A DNA stretch of 64,000 nucleotides from an uncultured Clostridia bacterium (lineage in GTDB: Bacteria; Bacillota; Clostridia; Christensenellales; Borkfalkiaceae). Below, piece by piece: positions 38,231 to 47,530 of the stretch. Below the pieces are notes generated by a model, which was given only the letters and a program-made list of their open reading frames with translations, had not been told where the DNA came from and searched no databases. Within the stretch, counting starts at the first letter, position 1. Each line of letters begins with the position of its first letter. The stretch spans positions 16,443-80,442 of the forward strand of contig CALWAU010000026.1 in the NCBI GenBank assembly GCA_944375795.1, read 5' to 3'. Position numbers and translations under genes: made by a program.

Positions 38231-38878
38231 ATGTCCGAATTGTCTCAAAAAACCGTTTCCGCGGCTCCCGGGGACGCGCCTTCCGCGCCGCAGCCGCAGG
38301 ACGCGCAAAGCGTGCCCGAAAAGCCCCGGAAAAGGGCGAAGATGTTTTCTGCCAAACGCCTGGCGCTGATGGCGATATTCGCCGCGCTCTCCTATGCGGT
38401 GAGCTTTCTGGAATTTCCGATTTTTCCCTCCGCATTCTTTTTGCAGCTCGATTTCGGCAACGTTTTCATCATGCTGATAGGCTTTTTGCTCGGGCCGGTG
38501 GAGGGGGTCATCGTCTGCGCCGTGAAGGAACTGCTCCGCATCCCCCTGAGCGGCACGGGCGGCGTGGGGGAGCTGGCGAATATCATCATCACGTCGTCCT
38601 ACTTGCTGCTGCCCGCCGTTTTGTATAAGTTTCACAAGGGCTTAAAGACGGTCATCCTTTCCCTGGGTATCGCCTGTCTGATCGCGACGGGTATGGCGCT
38701 GCTCGCCAACCGCTTCGTGCTTTTCTCGGCGTTCAGTATAGCCGACGTCGCGGGGACGTTTGCGAAACTCTGGCACCTCATCCTCGCGTTCAATCTCATC
38801 AAGACGGTTTTGGTCAGCCTGCTCACCCTGCTTTTGTACAAGAGACTGTCTTTCGTTTTGAAGAAAATGAAATTTTGA
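38231..38878 (+). CDS. ribU: ECF transporter S component, riboflavin-specific (inferred from the FMN riboswitch)
   Basis: ATG 38231 follows AAAGGAG, within ORF 38117..38878. The product has about 6 TM helices of the ECF S-component type (LDFGNVFIMLIGFLLGP). Confidence 0.8.
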   Translation: MSELSQKTVSAAPGDAPSAPQPQDAQSVPEKPRKRAKMFSAKRLALMAIFAALSYAVSFLEFPIFPSAFFLQLDFGNVFIMLIGFLLGPVEGVIVCAVKELLRIPLSGTGGVGELANIIITSSYLLLPAVLYKFHKGLKTVILSLGIACLIATGMALLANRFVLFSAFSIADVAGTFAKLWHLILAFNLIKTVLVSLLTLLLYKRLSFVLKKMKF

Positions 38879-38924
38879 AACGGAAACAATTGCAAAAATC
38901 GGCCGTACGTATTATAATATACGT

Positions 38925-39326
38925 ATGGCTGTTTTTGTTTCCGGGTCGCGGGAGGCGACCGAAAAATTTGCCGAACGCTATGCGCGGACCCTCTCTCCGG
39001 GCGATACGGTGCTCCTCGAAGGGGAGATGGGGGCGGGCAAGACGGTGTTTGCCAAGGGCGTGGCGAGGGGGCTCGGCATCCGCGAGGAGGTCACCAGCCC
39101 CACTTACGCGTACATGAACGATTACGGCGGCAGACTGTTCCATTACGATTGCTACCGCATCGAATCGCCCGAACAGGCGGAGGCGCTCGGGCTGGCGGAC
39201 TACTTCGACGCGGGCGGGATCTGTCTGGTGGAATGGTCGGAAAAAATCGCGCCCCTGCTTCCCGCGGACGCGAAGCGGGTGATCATCCGCAAGCGGGAAG
39301 GGGACGAAAGGGAGATAGAGTATTGA
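38925..39326 (+). CDS. tsaE: tRNA t6A37 biosynthesis ATPase TsaE
   Basis: It contains GEMGAGKTVFAKG, VTSPTYAY and CLVEW. Confidence 0.9.
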   Translation: MAVFVSGSREATEKFAERYARTLSPGDTVLLEGEMGAGKTVFAKGVARGLGIREEVTSPTYAYMNDYGGRLFHYDCYRIESPEQAEALGLADYFDAGGICLVEWSEKIAPLLPADAKRVIIRKREGDEREIEY

Positions 39327-39979
39327 AAAATTTTCTGGCGGTGGATACCTGCGGAAAGCATCTCGCCGTGCTGGCGCGGAAAGGGGAAAAGACCTCCCGT
39401 TTCTTTCTTCCCGATTGCGCCATGCGGCATTCGGTGCTTCTGATGGACGGCATAGACGAGGCGCTGCGGGGGGCGGATTTGTCCCCCGGCGAGTGCGATT
39501 TTTTCGCGGTGGCGACGGGGCCGGGCTCGTTTACGGGGATACGCATCGGCATTTCCGCGGTCAAGGGGTTTTGCCTGGCGGCGGGAAAGCCGGCTTTGCC
39601 CGTCACGGCTTTCGAGGAAATCGCATATAATGGCGTAGACGGCGAAAAGAGACTGTGCCTCATAGACGCGCTGCACGGGCACTTTTACGCCGCGGCGTAC
39701 GCCCTCGTGCAAAGGGAGGGCGCGCCCGCTTTGGAGGAACTTCTGGCCCCCGCCTACCTTTCGGGCGAGGAGGTGTCCCGCTTTTTGAAGGAGAGCGGCT
39801 GCCGGGCGTATTCCTTCGGGGCCCTTCCCCTTCCGGACGGCATGGCCGCGGAGGCGTGCGACCCCCTTTCGGGCCTGGAACGGGCCGTGGAGGCGGCGCT
39901 GAAAGCCGGCAGGTTCGCCTCTCCCGAGGCGCTGTATATCCGCAGGAGCCAGGCGGAGGAGCAGCTCGGAAGGGCTTGA
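39323..39979 (+). CDS. tsaB: tRNA t6A37 biosynthesis protein TsaB
   Basis: The TTG start at 39323 overlaps the tsaE stop codon. It contains LAVDTC and ATGPGSFTGIRIGISAVKG. Confidence 0.85.
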   Translation: MKNFLAVDTCGKHLAVLARKGEKTSRFFLPDCAMRHSVLLMDGIDEALRGADLSPGECDFFAVATGPGSFTGIRIGISAVKGFCLAAGKPALPVTAFEEIAYNGVDGEKRLCLIDALHGHFYAAAYALVQREGAPALEELLAPAYLSGEEVSRFLKESGCRAYSFGALPLPDGMAAEACDPLSGLERAVEAALKAGRFASPEALYIRRSQAEEQLGRA

Positions 39980-40001
39980 AGAAAATACGGAAGCAGAGAA
40001 T

Positions 40002-40484
40002 ATGAATTATCGGAGCTGGACTTTCAAAGACATCCTGAAAATTTCGGAGCTGGAAAAGGAGTGCTTTTCCGAGCCCTGGACCTACCGCATGTTTGCGGAC
40101 GCCTTTTCCTCGAAAGGCTTCGTCGGCGTACTCGCCGAGGATGAGGGCGAAATTGTCGGCTATGCCTGCGGAACGGCAATGTTTGAAACCGCGGAGATAG
40201 ACGACGTCGCCGTCGCGGAGGGATATCGCCGGCAGGGGATCGCCGCCGCGCTTCTCGGTGCAATGGAGCGGGAATCGCTGGCGCTGGGGGCGGAGACGCT
40301 GCTGCTCGAAGTGCGGGTCTCCAATTCCCCCGCGATGCGGCTGTATCTGAAAGAGGGCTTTTCCGGACTGTATGCGCGCCCCCGTTACTACCCGGACGGG
40401 GAGGACGCGCTCGTCATGCGAAAGCTTTTGGGCGCCCCGCAGGTTTCGCGCGTCGGGACGGGGAGAAAAAAGCCGGAAAAATAA
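40002..40484 (+). CDS. rimI: ribosomal-protein-alanine N-acetyltransferase
   Basis: It has a GNAT fold (AVAEGYRRQGIAAALL, LLEVRVSN..A..LY...GF). It follows tsaE-tsaB in the canonical order. Confidence 0.85.
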   Translation: MNYRSWTFKDILKISELEKECFSEPWTYRMFADAFSSKGFVGVLAEDEGEIVGYACGTAMFETAEIDDVAVAEGYRRQGIAAALLGAMERESLALGAETLLLEVRVSNSPAMRLYLKEGFSGLYARPRYYPDGEDALVMRKLLGAPQVSRVGTGRKKPEK

Positions 40485-40510
40485 GAAATCGGGCGGAAAG
40501 GGGTAGGCGC

Positions 40511-41224
40511 ATGGCAGATTTGTCCCGCCTTTCGTACGTACAGAGGGGAGAGGGGAAGGATATGGTGTTCTTTCACGGCTATCTTTCCTCCAAGGAGAGC
40601 TTTGCGGCACAACTCGGATATTTTTCCCGCTTTTGCCGCGTCACCGCGCTCGATTTTCCCGGATTCGGCGGGGCGGAGCCCTTGACGGAGCCCTATTCCG
40701 TCGCCGACTATGCGGCCTGGACGGCGGAGGCGCTTGCGGCGTTGGGGGTGGAGCGGCCGCACGTCGTCGCGCATTCGTTCGGCTGCCGCGTCGCCGTAAA
40801 AATGGCGGCGGGCGGGGAGAACTTCGACAGGTTGCTTCTGACGGGACCGGCGGGAATCATTCTCGGCCGCGGCGCGGGCTATCGCGTCAGGGTGGGTACA
40901 TACCGCCTGGTCAAAAAAATTGCGCCCCGCTTTGCCGAACGGCATTTCGGCAGCGCCGAATATCGGACGCTTTCTCCCGTCATGCGGGAGAGCTATAAAA
41001 AGATCGTCAACGAGGATCTGCGCGGGGACGCGCGGAAAATCGGGAACGAAGTTTTACTCGTCGAGGGGAAGGAGGACGGGACGACGCCGCTCAAAGCGGC
41101 GGAAATTTATCTCTCCTGTCTTCGCCGCGGGCGGTTAAAGACGATGGAGGGCGGGCATTTCGCGTTTGCCGAATATCCCGTGGCCTTCAATCTGATTGCG
41201 GAGGAGTTTTTCTTTCATGGGTGA
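40511..41224 (+). CDS. alpha/beta hydrolase
   Basis: It contains VFFHGYLSS and the nucleophile elbow VAHSFGC. The 3' end overlaps the next gene by 8 nt. Confidence 0.75.
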   Translation: MADLSRLSYVQRGEGKDMVFFHGYLSSKESFAAQLGYFSRFCRVTALDFPGFGGAEPLTEPYSVADYAAWTAEALAALGVERPHVVAHSFGCRVAVKMAAGGENFDRLLLTGPAGIILGRGAGYRVRVGTYRLVKKIAPRFAERHFGSAEYRTLSPVMRESYKKIVNEDLRGDARKIGNEVLLVEGKEDGTTPLKAAEIYLSCLRRGRLKTMEGGHFAFAEYPVAFNLIAEEFFFHG

Positions 41225-42839
41225 CGTATTGTCGAGGATTGCCGCGTGCGTCGCGTGCACCTGCTTCTTTTTTCTGGGTACCTTCAAGCTGCTGGGCGTC
41301 TTTCAGCAGTGCGGCTATCGCGCCGGGCGGTTTGTCCGCTGGCTGCGCCGCAGGGAGAATCTCTATTATAACCGCCTGGCGCTCTGGTCGGGGCTGGCGC
41401 TCCTTTCGACGGCGCTCGTTTCCCTGTGCTTTTCGTTCGCGGGGACGAAAACCGCCCTGCTCCTCTCGGCGGTGCCCTTTCTCTTTTTCTGCATTCTTTT
41501 CTGCGTCGCGGACAGAAAATATGCGCTGAAGGTGCCCCTGACCGTCACGGGCAGAATCAAGCGCCTCTCCGCCGTCTATATTCTCCTCATCGCCTGCGTC
41601 TCTTATCTCGTCATCGCCGTGCTCGCCTTCCTGGGAAAGGTGTTCGACAGCGAGTTATATTCCCTCTTTCAGTTTCTTCCCTTTGCCCTGATGCCCCTGC
41701 TCCTGCCCTGGCTGCTCGTTTCGGCAAATTTTCTCGATTCCCTCTACGAGGAACCCCGCAACCGAAAATTTGTAAAACGAGCGGGGCAGGTATTAAACGA
41801 GAGCAAAATTCTTCGCGTCGCAATCGTGGGCAGCTACGGCAAGACATCCGTGAAAAATATTTTGCAAAGCATGCTTTCCGTGCGTTTTGCGACGATCGCC
41901 ACGCCCGCCTCTTACAATACGCCCGTCGGCGTCGCCAAGGCGGTGACGGGGCCGGATTTTGAGGGAAAAGAGGTATTCATCGCGGAGATGGGCGCCCGCC
42001 GTGCGGGGGACATCGCGGAGCTGTGCACCCTCGTAAAGCCCGATTACGCCGTCTTTACGGGCGTGTGCGCCCAGCATATCGAAACGTTCGGCTCGGAGGA
42101 GAACGTCCTTCTGGCAAAGTGCGAAATTCTGAAGGGCACCGCGCGCAAGGTGATTTGCGGCGGCGGACTGCGGGAAAAAATCCTCCCCGTCTCGCCCGAG
42201 ATTCTTCCGCTTTCAGACAAGGAAAAATGCGTGTACGCCGATTTCGACGCCCTGTTGCCCGAAGTCGAACTGCGCGCGGACGCGACCTCCTTTACCCTCC
42301 GCCTTCCCGGGAAAAAAGAGATCCGCGCGGAGACCTGCCTGCTCGGCAGACACTCGGCGGAAAATATCGCGCTGGCGGCGCTGCTCGCGGCGGAAATGGG
42401 TCTGACGGAGGAGGAAATCGCGGAGGGGATCGCGAAGATCGTTCCCGTTCCCCATCGGCTGCAGCTCATCGAAAGCGGCGGCGTGCACATTCTCGACGAC
42501 AGCTATAATTCCAACCCCGAGGGGGCTGCGGAGGCGGTCTGCGCGCTGTTCCGTTTTCCGGGGCGGAAGATTGTCGTCACGCCCGGGCTGGTGGAGACGG
42601 GCATTCTCGACGAGAAACTGGGACGGGAGCTGGGCGCCCGCCTGGTCGGTCTCGACCTCGTGATTCTAGTGGGGGACACCCTCGTCGGCGCCGTGAAAGC
42701 GGGATATCTGGACGGCGGCGGGGCGGAGGAAAATCTCGTCGTCTGTCCTTCGCTGGAAAAGGCGAAGGAGCTGCTGTCCGGCGCCCTTTCGGCCGGGGAC
42801 GCCGTCCTCTTTCTCAACGATTTGCCCGACGCCTGGTAA
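41217..42839 (+). CDS. murF: Mur ligase, MurF-like, with an N-terminal polytopic membrane domain
   Basis: The first ~190 aa form about 5 hydrophobic helices. A Mur ligase core follows (VGSYGKTSVKNIL, the central domain and a C-terminal domain). It lies adjacent to ddl. Confidence 0.65.
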   Translation: MGDVLSRIAACVACTCFFFLGTFKLLGVFQQCGYRAGRFVRWLRRRENLYYNRLALWSGLALLSTALVSLCFSFAGTKTALLLSAVPFLFFCILFCVADRKYALKVPLTVTGRIKRLSAVYILLIACVSYLVIAVLAFLGKVFDSELYSLFQFLPFALMPLLLPWLLVSANFLDSLYEEPRNRKFVKRAGQVLNESKILRVAIVGSYGKTSVKNILQSMLSVRFATIATPASYNTPVGVAKAVTGPDFEGKEVFIAEMGARRAGDIAELCTLVKPDYAVFTGVCAQHIETFGSEENVLLAKCEILKGTARKVICGGGLREKILPVSPEILPLSDKEKCVYADFDALLPEVELRADATSFTLRLPGKKEIRAETCLLGRHSAENIALAALLAAEMGLTEEEIAEGIAKIVPVPHRLQLIESGGVHILDDSYNSNPEGAAEAVCALFRFPGRKIVVTPGLVETGILDEKLGRELGARLVGLDLVILVGDTLVGAVKAGYLDGGGAEENLVVCPSLEKAKELLSGALSAGDAVLFLNDLPDAW

Positions 42840-42908
42840 GGCTTTGCGACCAAAGAAAAACCTGCCGCACCAAAGCGAAAAAATATTTTTGCGGAGGTGC
42901 GGTTTCTT

Positions 42909-44042
42909 ATGCGGAAAATAGCGATATTGTTCGGCGGAAAATCCAACGAGAACGAAATTTCCGTGCTGACGGGCGTCTTTGTGCTCAATCTCATCGATCG
43001 GGAAAAATATCTTCCCGTGCCCGTATATATCCATACGGACGGGCAGATGTACACCTCGCCGCGGATGTCCGACCTGGGCGTATTCCGGAAGGGGGATTTT
43101 TCTTCCTTCAAGCGGATTTTCTTTGACGGCGGGGGCATGTATGCGTTCAATCCCGCAAAGACGAAGGTGAAGTTTCTCGGGAAGATAGACGGGGCGCTCA
43201 ATTGCTGCCACGGCGGGTTGGGCGAAGGGGGCGGGATCTCCGCGCTGATGCAGCTCAACGAAATCCCGCTCGCGTCCCCGGGGCTCACCGCTTCGGGCGT
43301 CTTTCTCGACAAGACGCTGACCAAGCTGGCGGCAAAGGCGCTGAATATCCCCGTCGTGGAATATATACGCGTCAACGAGCGGGATTATGCCCGCCGGGGG
43401 CGGTTCCTGCTCAAAAGCATCGCTTCCAGGCTCAAATATCCCGTGGTGGTGAAGCCGGCGCATCTCGGTTCCTCCATCGGCGTGGCGCTGGCGGAGTCGG
43501 AGGAGGAAGCGGAGAAGGCTATCAGGACGGCGTTTCTGCTCGACGACAGGGTGATTATCGAGCGTTTTGTGCGCGGGAAGCGGGACATCAATTGCGCGGC
43601 CTATTCGCTCAAGGGGGAAATTTTCGTCTCCGAACCGGAGGAGGCGTCGTCGGGGGAGAAGATTTATTCCTTCGCCGACAAGTACTTGAAGCCGGAGGGA
43701 AAGGGGGAACGGCAGCGCGGAGAGGCCGATTTGCCGGACGGGACGCGCGAAGCGATCCGCTCGTATACCCGCACGCTGTATAAGCGCATGAATCTGAAAG
43801 GGATCGTGCGCATGGACTTCCTGCTTTCGGAAGGGAAGATTTATCTCGGAGAGGTGAACACCGTTCCCGGCTCGCTCGCCTATTATCTGTTCTGCGAGCG
43901 GGTGTCCGACGCGAAAAATCTCTTTTCCGATTTGATCGACGACGCGATATCTTCGGCGGCGGAGGGGAAAAAGCAGCTGATTTCCACGGGCATTCTGCAG
44001 ACGGTGCCCTCGGGCACGAAACGGGGCGGCGTGCGGCCGTAA
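42909..44042 (+). CDS. ddl: D-alanine--D-alanine ligase
   Basis: It starts MRKIAILFGGKSNENEISV. It has ATP-grasp motifs (VVKPAHLGSSIG, EVNTVPG). Confidence 0.92.
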   Translation: MRKIAILFGGKSNENEISVLTGVFVLNLIDREKYLPVPVYIHTDGQMYTSPRMSDLGVFRKGDFSSFKRIFFDGGGMYAFNPAKTKVKFLGKIDGALNCCHGGLGEGGGISALMQLNEIPLASPGLTASGVFLDKTLTKLAAKALNIPVVEYIRVNERDYARRGRFLLKSIASRLKYPVVVKPAHLGSSIGVALAESEEEAEKAIRTAFLLDDRVIIERFVRGKRDINCAAYSLKGEIFVSEPEEASSGEKIYSFADKYLKPEGKGERQRGEADLPDGTREAIRSYTRTLYKRMNLKGIVRMDFLLSEGKIYLGEVNTVPGSLAYYLFCERVSDAKNLFSDLIDDAISSAAEGKKQLISTGILQTVPSGTKRGGVRP

Positions 44043-44080
44043 GCGGCCCCGCCGCGGTCGGAACCGAGGGGGAGAGAGGA

Positions 44081-44106
44081 GGGACGGTTTCTTTCCGTCC
44101 CTTTTC
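44081..44106 (+). terminator. intrinsic terminator after ddl
   Basis: Stem GGGACGG / CCGTCCC with a 7-nt loop, followed by TTTTCC. Confidence 0.55.
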
Positions 44107-44215
44107 CGCGTCTGCGGGACGGGAAAAAGATTTTCGGGAGGGCCGCGCCAAATCCTTGCTTTTTCGGGCGGTTTTTGATATACTGAAACACAGAAGCGAA
44201 AAAAGGAGCCGAAAA

Positions 44216-45496
44216 ATGGCGAACGGAGAATTTACCGACAAAGTAAAAATCCTCATCAAGGCGGGGGACGGCGGAGACGGCATGAATTCCTTCAAGGCGT
44301 TCAAGGGCAAGCCCGCCTGCGGCCCGGACGGCGGGGACGGAGGTCGGGGCGGCGACGTCTGGTTCGTCGGCGACAAGGACATGACCGACCTGTTTTCCTT
44401 CCGTTTTTCCTCCCGTTTTTTTGCGGAGGACGGCGAACGGGGCGGCACCAATCAATGCTCGGGCAAAAGCGGGAAAAGCGTCTACATCAAAGTCCCCTTG
44501 GGCACGTTGGTGCGGGACGAGGAAACGGGGCGGCTCATCTGCGACGTGTTCGAGGACGGAAAGCAGATCCTCGTGGCGCGTGGCGGAAACGGGGGAAAGG
44601 GGAACGTCCGTTTCACCACGGCGCGCCGTCACGCCCCCGATTTCGCGCAGAAGGGAGAACGGGTGAAAAAACATTCCGTCATCCTCGAAATGAAGGTGAT
44701 TGCGGACGTCGGGCTGGTCGGCTTTCCCAACGTCGGCAAAAGCACCCTCCTCAGCAAGATTTCCGCGGCAAAGCCGAAAATCGCCAACTATCATTTCACC
44801 ACGCTTTCCCCCAATCTCGGCGCGGTGCGTTTTTACGACAAATCGTTCATCGCGGCGGATATCCCCGGCCTCATCGAGGGCGCGGCGGAGGGCGCGGGGC
44901 TGGGGCACGACTTTCTGCGGCACATCGAGCGCACGCGGATGCTCTGTCACGTGGTGGACATTTCCGGCTGCGAGGGGCGGGACCCCGTCGAGGACTTCCG
45001 GAAGATCAATGCGGAATTGAAGGAATACAGCGAAAAACTCGCCTCCCTTCCGCAGATCGTCGTCTGCAACAAATGCGACGTGTACGGCGCGGAGGAAAAC
45101 CTCGCGGCCTTTCGGAAAGAGTACGGCGGACGGTATAAAATTTATCCCGTCACCGCCGTCACGGGCGAGGGCACGCGGGCGCTCGTCGAGGGGATTTTCG
45201 ACGTGCTCAAAGACCTGCCCCCCGTCCAACCCCTTCCGATAGAGGAAAGCTTTGAATATCGCGCGGAGGACAAGCTGGATTTCGAGATATTCCGCGACGA
45301 AAACGGCGTCTATGTGGTCGTGGGCGGCCTGGTGGACATGCTCTGTCGCAACGTCGTCCTCAACAACCCCGATTCCATGCAGTATTTTCAGAAAGTGCTC
45401 CGCCTGCGCGGGGTCATCCGCAAGCTGACGGAGATGGGCTGCAGGGAGGGGGACACCGTTTCCATCGGCGAGGTGGAGTTCGATTTTGTTCCGTAA
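44216..45496 (+). CDS. obg: GTPase Obg
   Basis: ATG 44216 follows AAAGGAG. It has the Obg fold (GGDGGDG/GGRGG glycine repeats), G motifs (GFPNVGKST, DIPGLIEGA, NKCD) and a C-terminal OCT domain. Confidence 0.95.
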   Translation: MANGEFTDKVKILIKAGDGGDGMNSFKAFKGKPACGPDGGDGGRGGDVWFVGDKDMTDLFSFRFSSRFFAEDGERGGTNQCSGKSGKSVYIKVPLGTLVRDEETGRLICDVFEDGKQILVARGGNGGKGNVRFTTARRHAPDFAQKGERVKKHSVILEMKVIADVGLVGFPNVGKSTLLSKISAAKPKIANYHFTTLSPNLGAVRFYDKSFIAADIPGLIEGAAEGAGLGHDFLRHIERTRMLCHVVDISGCEGRDPVEDFRKINAELKEYSEKLASLPQIVVCNKCDVYGAEENLAAFRKEYGGRYKIYPVTAVTGEGTRALVEGIFDVLKDLPPVQPLPIEESFEYRAEDKLDFEIFRDENGVYVVVGGLVDMLCRNVVLNNPDSMQYFQKVLRLRGVIRKLTEMGCREGDTVSIGEVEFDFVP

Positions 45497-45538
45497 GGGA
45501 CGGGCAGGGAAGCGACGAATAACAAATGGGAGAAAGAT

Positions 45539-47065
45539 ATGGAGAAGGGACTGAAAGCATTTTTTTACGATTATAAGTATTATCTGCTGCCCGAAACGGT
45601 CGCGGACGCGTCGGAACTGAACATGTTCGTGTTCAAGGTGAAGCGCCTCAAAGAGGAGGGCTGCATGGCGCCCGATTTCGTCTATGAGAGCATCGTGACG
45701 GAGACCCTGGTGATCCGCGACCGGCGGAAGGTGTTTCCGGTCACCGTCAATCTCTATACGCAGGAGGAATACGACGCTCTGCTTTCCAAACAGGTGCAGC
45801 GCCTTTGTCCCGGCTGCCTGCGGTACAGCGAGGAGGGGGGAAGCCTGGAAGGGCATCACCGCGAAATTTCCCTGGCGGGGGCGTGCTATTCCCGCATGGA
45901 CGCGCGGGAGGAACCCTCTTTTTCTGCCTGTGCGGGCCTGTTCTGGGACTTTGTGGCCGAGAATGTCAATCGCCTGGCCGCCTGGACGGATAAGGGCGCG
46001 CAGAAGGAAATCAACCGCTTTCTGAACGCCGAACTCACCCGTTTCTTTCTGCCGCTGGAGTTTTTCTGCGGCGAGGAGGACGGCCGCTATTGTCTCTGCA
46101 TGAGCGCGTGCGGATACACCATGCAGAGCTTCCGCCTGGTGACGAGAATGCTGGCCGATACGGCGGCCCTGCCCGATTCGCCCATGCAGGCGACGGGCTG
46201 GAAGGTGTATCCCTATTTTCCGAAAAAGATATACCGCCCCAAGATCCGCCCCGATTATTTCAAACACCCGCCCCGCCTGTTTGTGAGCGGAGGGGACGGG
46301 GAAAGCATCTCCCTTGCCCTTTACGAAAAGAACGCGGCGCGTTGGAGCGAACGGCAGCGGAGGGGGCGGAAGCTCACCGCGTATAAGTATCTTTGCTCCG
46401 TCGTCGGGGAAGATCTTCTGCTGGCGGGGAGCGAGGTGATTTCTTTCGTCGAGACGGTTCCCAAAAACTTCCGGGAAGTCGCTCCGGAAAACCTGGCGGA
46501 CGAGCTCTATCAGGTTTCGCAGGAGTTTTTCGGCGAGAAAGTTCCCTTTCCTCCCCCCGTCTTTTTGCGGTCGGAGCCGATTGCGGGCGGCGAGGAGGAC
46601 GCCCTCCCCTACAAGCGGAAAACGGAAGTATGGATGACCCTGTGCATTGAAATGGGGCCGGAGCGGCCCGCCGCGGGCGCGGGCGTGCAGGGCATGATCC
46701 TGGAGGAATTGGGCCTCAATTATGCGTATATCTTTTTCCCCGGCGTGACGCAGGAGGGGCCGGGGGCGAAGAATCGGGAGATTTGGGACGAGTATTTTGT
46801 CAATATCTGGAATTATCCGCCCCCCATCACGCGGGCGGAGGACAGGGAAATTTTTTCAGACAACGTCGGCATTTCCTTTTCCGAGGCGGGCATGTGCATC
46901 GATTTCATGGTTTTCGACGAAAAGGAATTTTTCCGCGTGCTGCGCAATCTCGCGCCCGTGCTGACGGAGATGCGCGCGAAGATCGTCACGGTCAAGCGCG
47001 ACGGCGTGATCGTCTATGACCCCGGCTATGTCATGCTCCCCGAGGATTCCGGTATGCTCGCCTGA
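45539..47065 (+). CDS. hypothetical 508-aa protein
   Basis: The ORF is clean and non-overlapping, with GGGAG upstream. Its amino-acid composition is balanced. I recognised no family. It contains CPGC and several other conserved-looking Cys residues. Confidence 0.7.
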   Translation: MEKGLKAFFYDYKYYLLPETVADASELNMFVFKVKRLKEEGCMAPDFVYESIVTETLVIRDRRKVFPVTVNLYTQEEYDALLSKQVQRLCPGCLRYSEEGGSLEGHHREISLAGACYSRMDAREEPSFSACAGLFWDFVAENVNRLAAWTDKGAQKEINRFLNAELTRFFLPLEFFCGEEDGRYCLCMSACGYTMQSFRLVTRMLADTAALPDSPMQATGWKVYPYFPKKIYRPKIRPDYFKHPPRLFVSGGDGESISLALYEKNAARWSERQRRGRKLTAYKYLCSVVGEDLLLAGSEVISFVETVPKNFREVAPENLADELYQVSQEFFGEKVPFPPPVFLRSEPIAGGEEDALPYKRKTEVWMTLCIEMGPERPAAGAGVQGMILEELGLNYAYIFFPGVTQEGPGAKNREIWDEYFVNIWNYPPPITRAEDREIFSDNVGISFSEAGMCIDFMVFDEKEFFRVLRNLAPVLTEMRAKIVTVKRDGVIVYDPGYVMLPEDSGMLA

Positions 47066-47132
47066 TTCGGGCGGGGCAGGGGAGCGACGAACGAAATTTA
47101 CGCCGCGGAAAAGCGGCAAAGGAAGAAGAGAG

Positions 47133-47432
47133 ATGCAGGAAATAACCAGCAAACAGCGCAGCCGCCTCAAATCGATTGCGGCAAATTTACAGCCCGTGAC
47201 GCAGATAGGAAAGGGCGGGATAACGGACAATCTGTTAAAGACCCTCTCGGACGCCTTGGAGGCGCACGAGCTGATCAAGGTGACCATTTTGCCCGCGTCG
47301 GGCGAGGAGGCGGACAATCTCGCCGAAAACGTGGCGGAACTGCTGGACGCCGTGCCCGTCGCGGTCATCGGCAGAAAGGCGATTTTTTACCGCCGTTCTT
47401 CCCGTAAGGATATCGAACATATCGCGCTTTGA
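47133..47432 (+). CDS. yhbY: ribosome assembly RNA-binding protein YhbY (CRM domain)
   Basis: ATG 47133. It contains LTSKQRSRLKSIAANLQPVTQIGKGGIT and ELIKV. Confidence 0.88.
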   Translation: MQEITSKQRSRLKSIAANLQPVTQIGKGGITDNLLKTLSDALEAHELIKVTILPASGEEADNLAENVAELLDAVPVAVIGRKAIFYRRSSRKDIEHIAL

Positions 47433-47530
47433 AAAGGCCGGTCCGCTTACGGAATTTTGCCGCCCGGTGTTTAAGAAGGGCGGAATCGCTTTATAAATAG
47501 TAAGGAAAAAAGTTTCGGAAGGTTGGTATC

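Noticed and set aside
47433-47530. Search for a CIRCE operator (TTAGCACTC-N9-GAGTGCTAA) upstream of grpE, and likewise in 50084-50596 upstream of dnaK.
   Set aside because: No match or near match is visible in either spacer.
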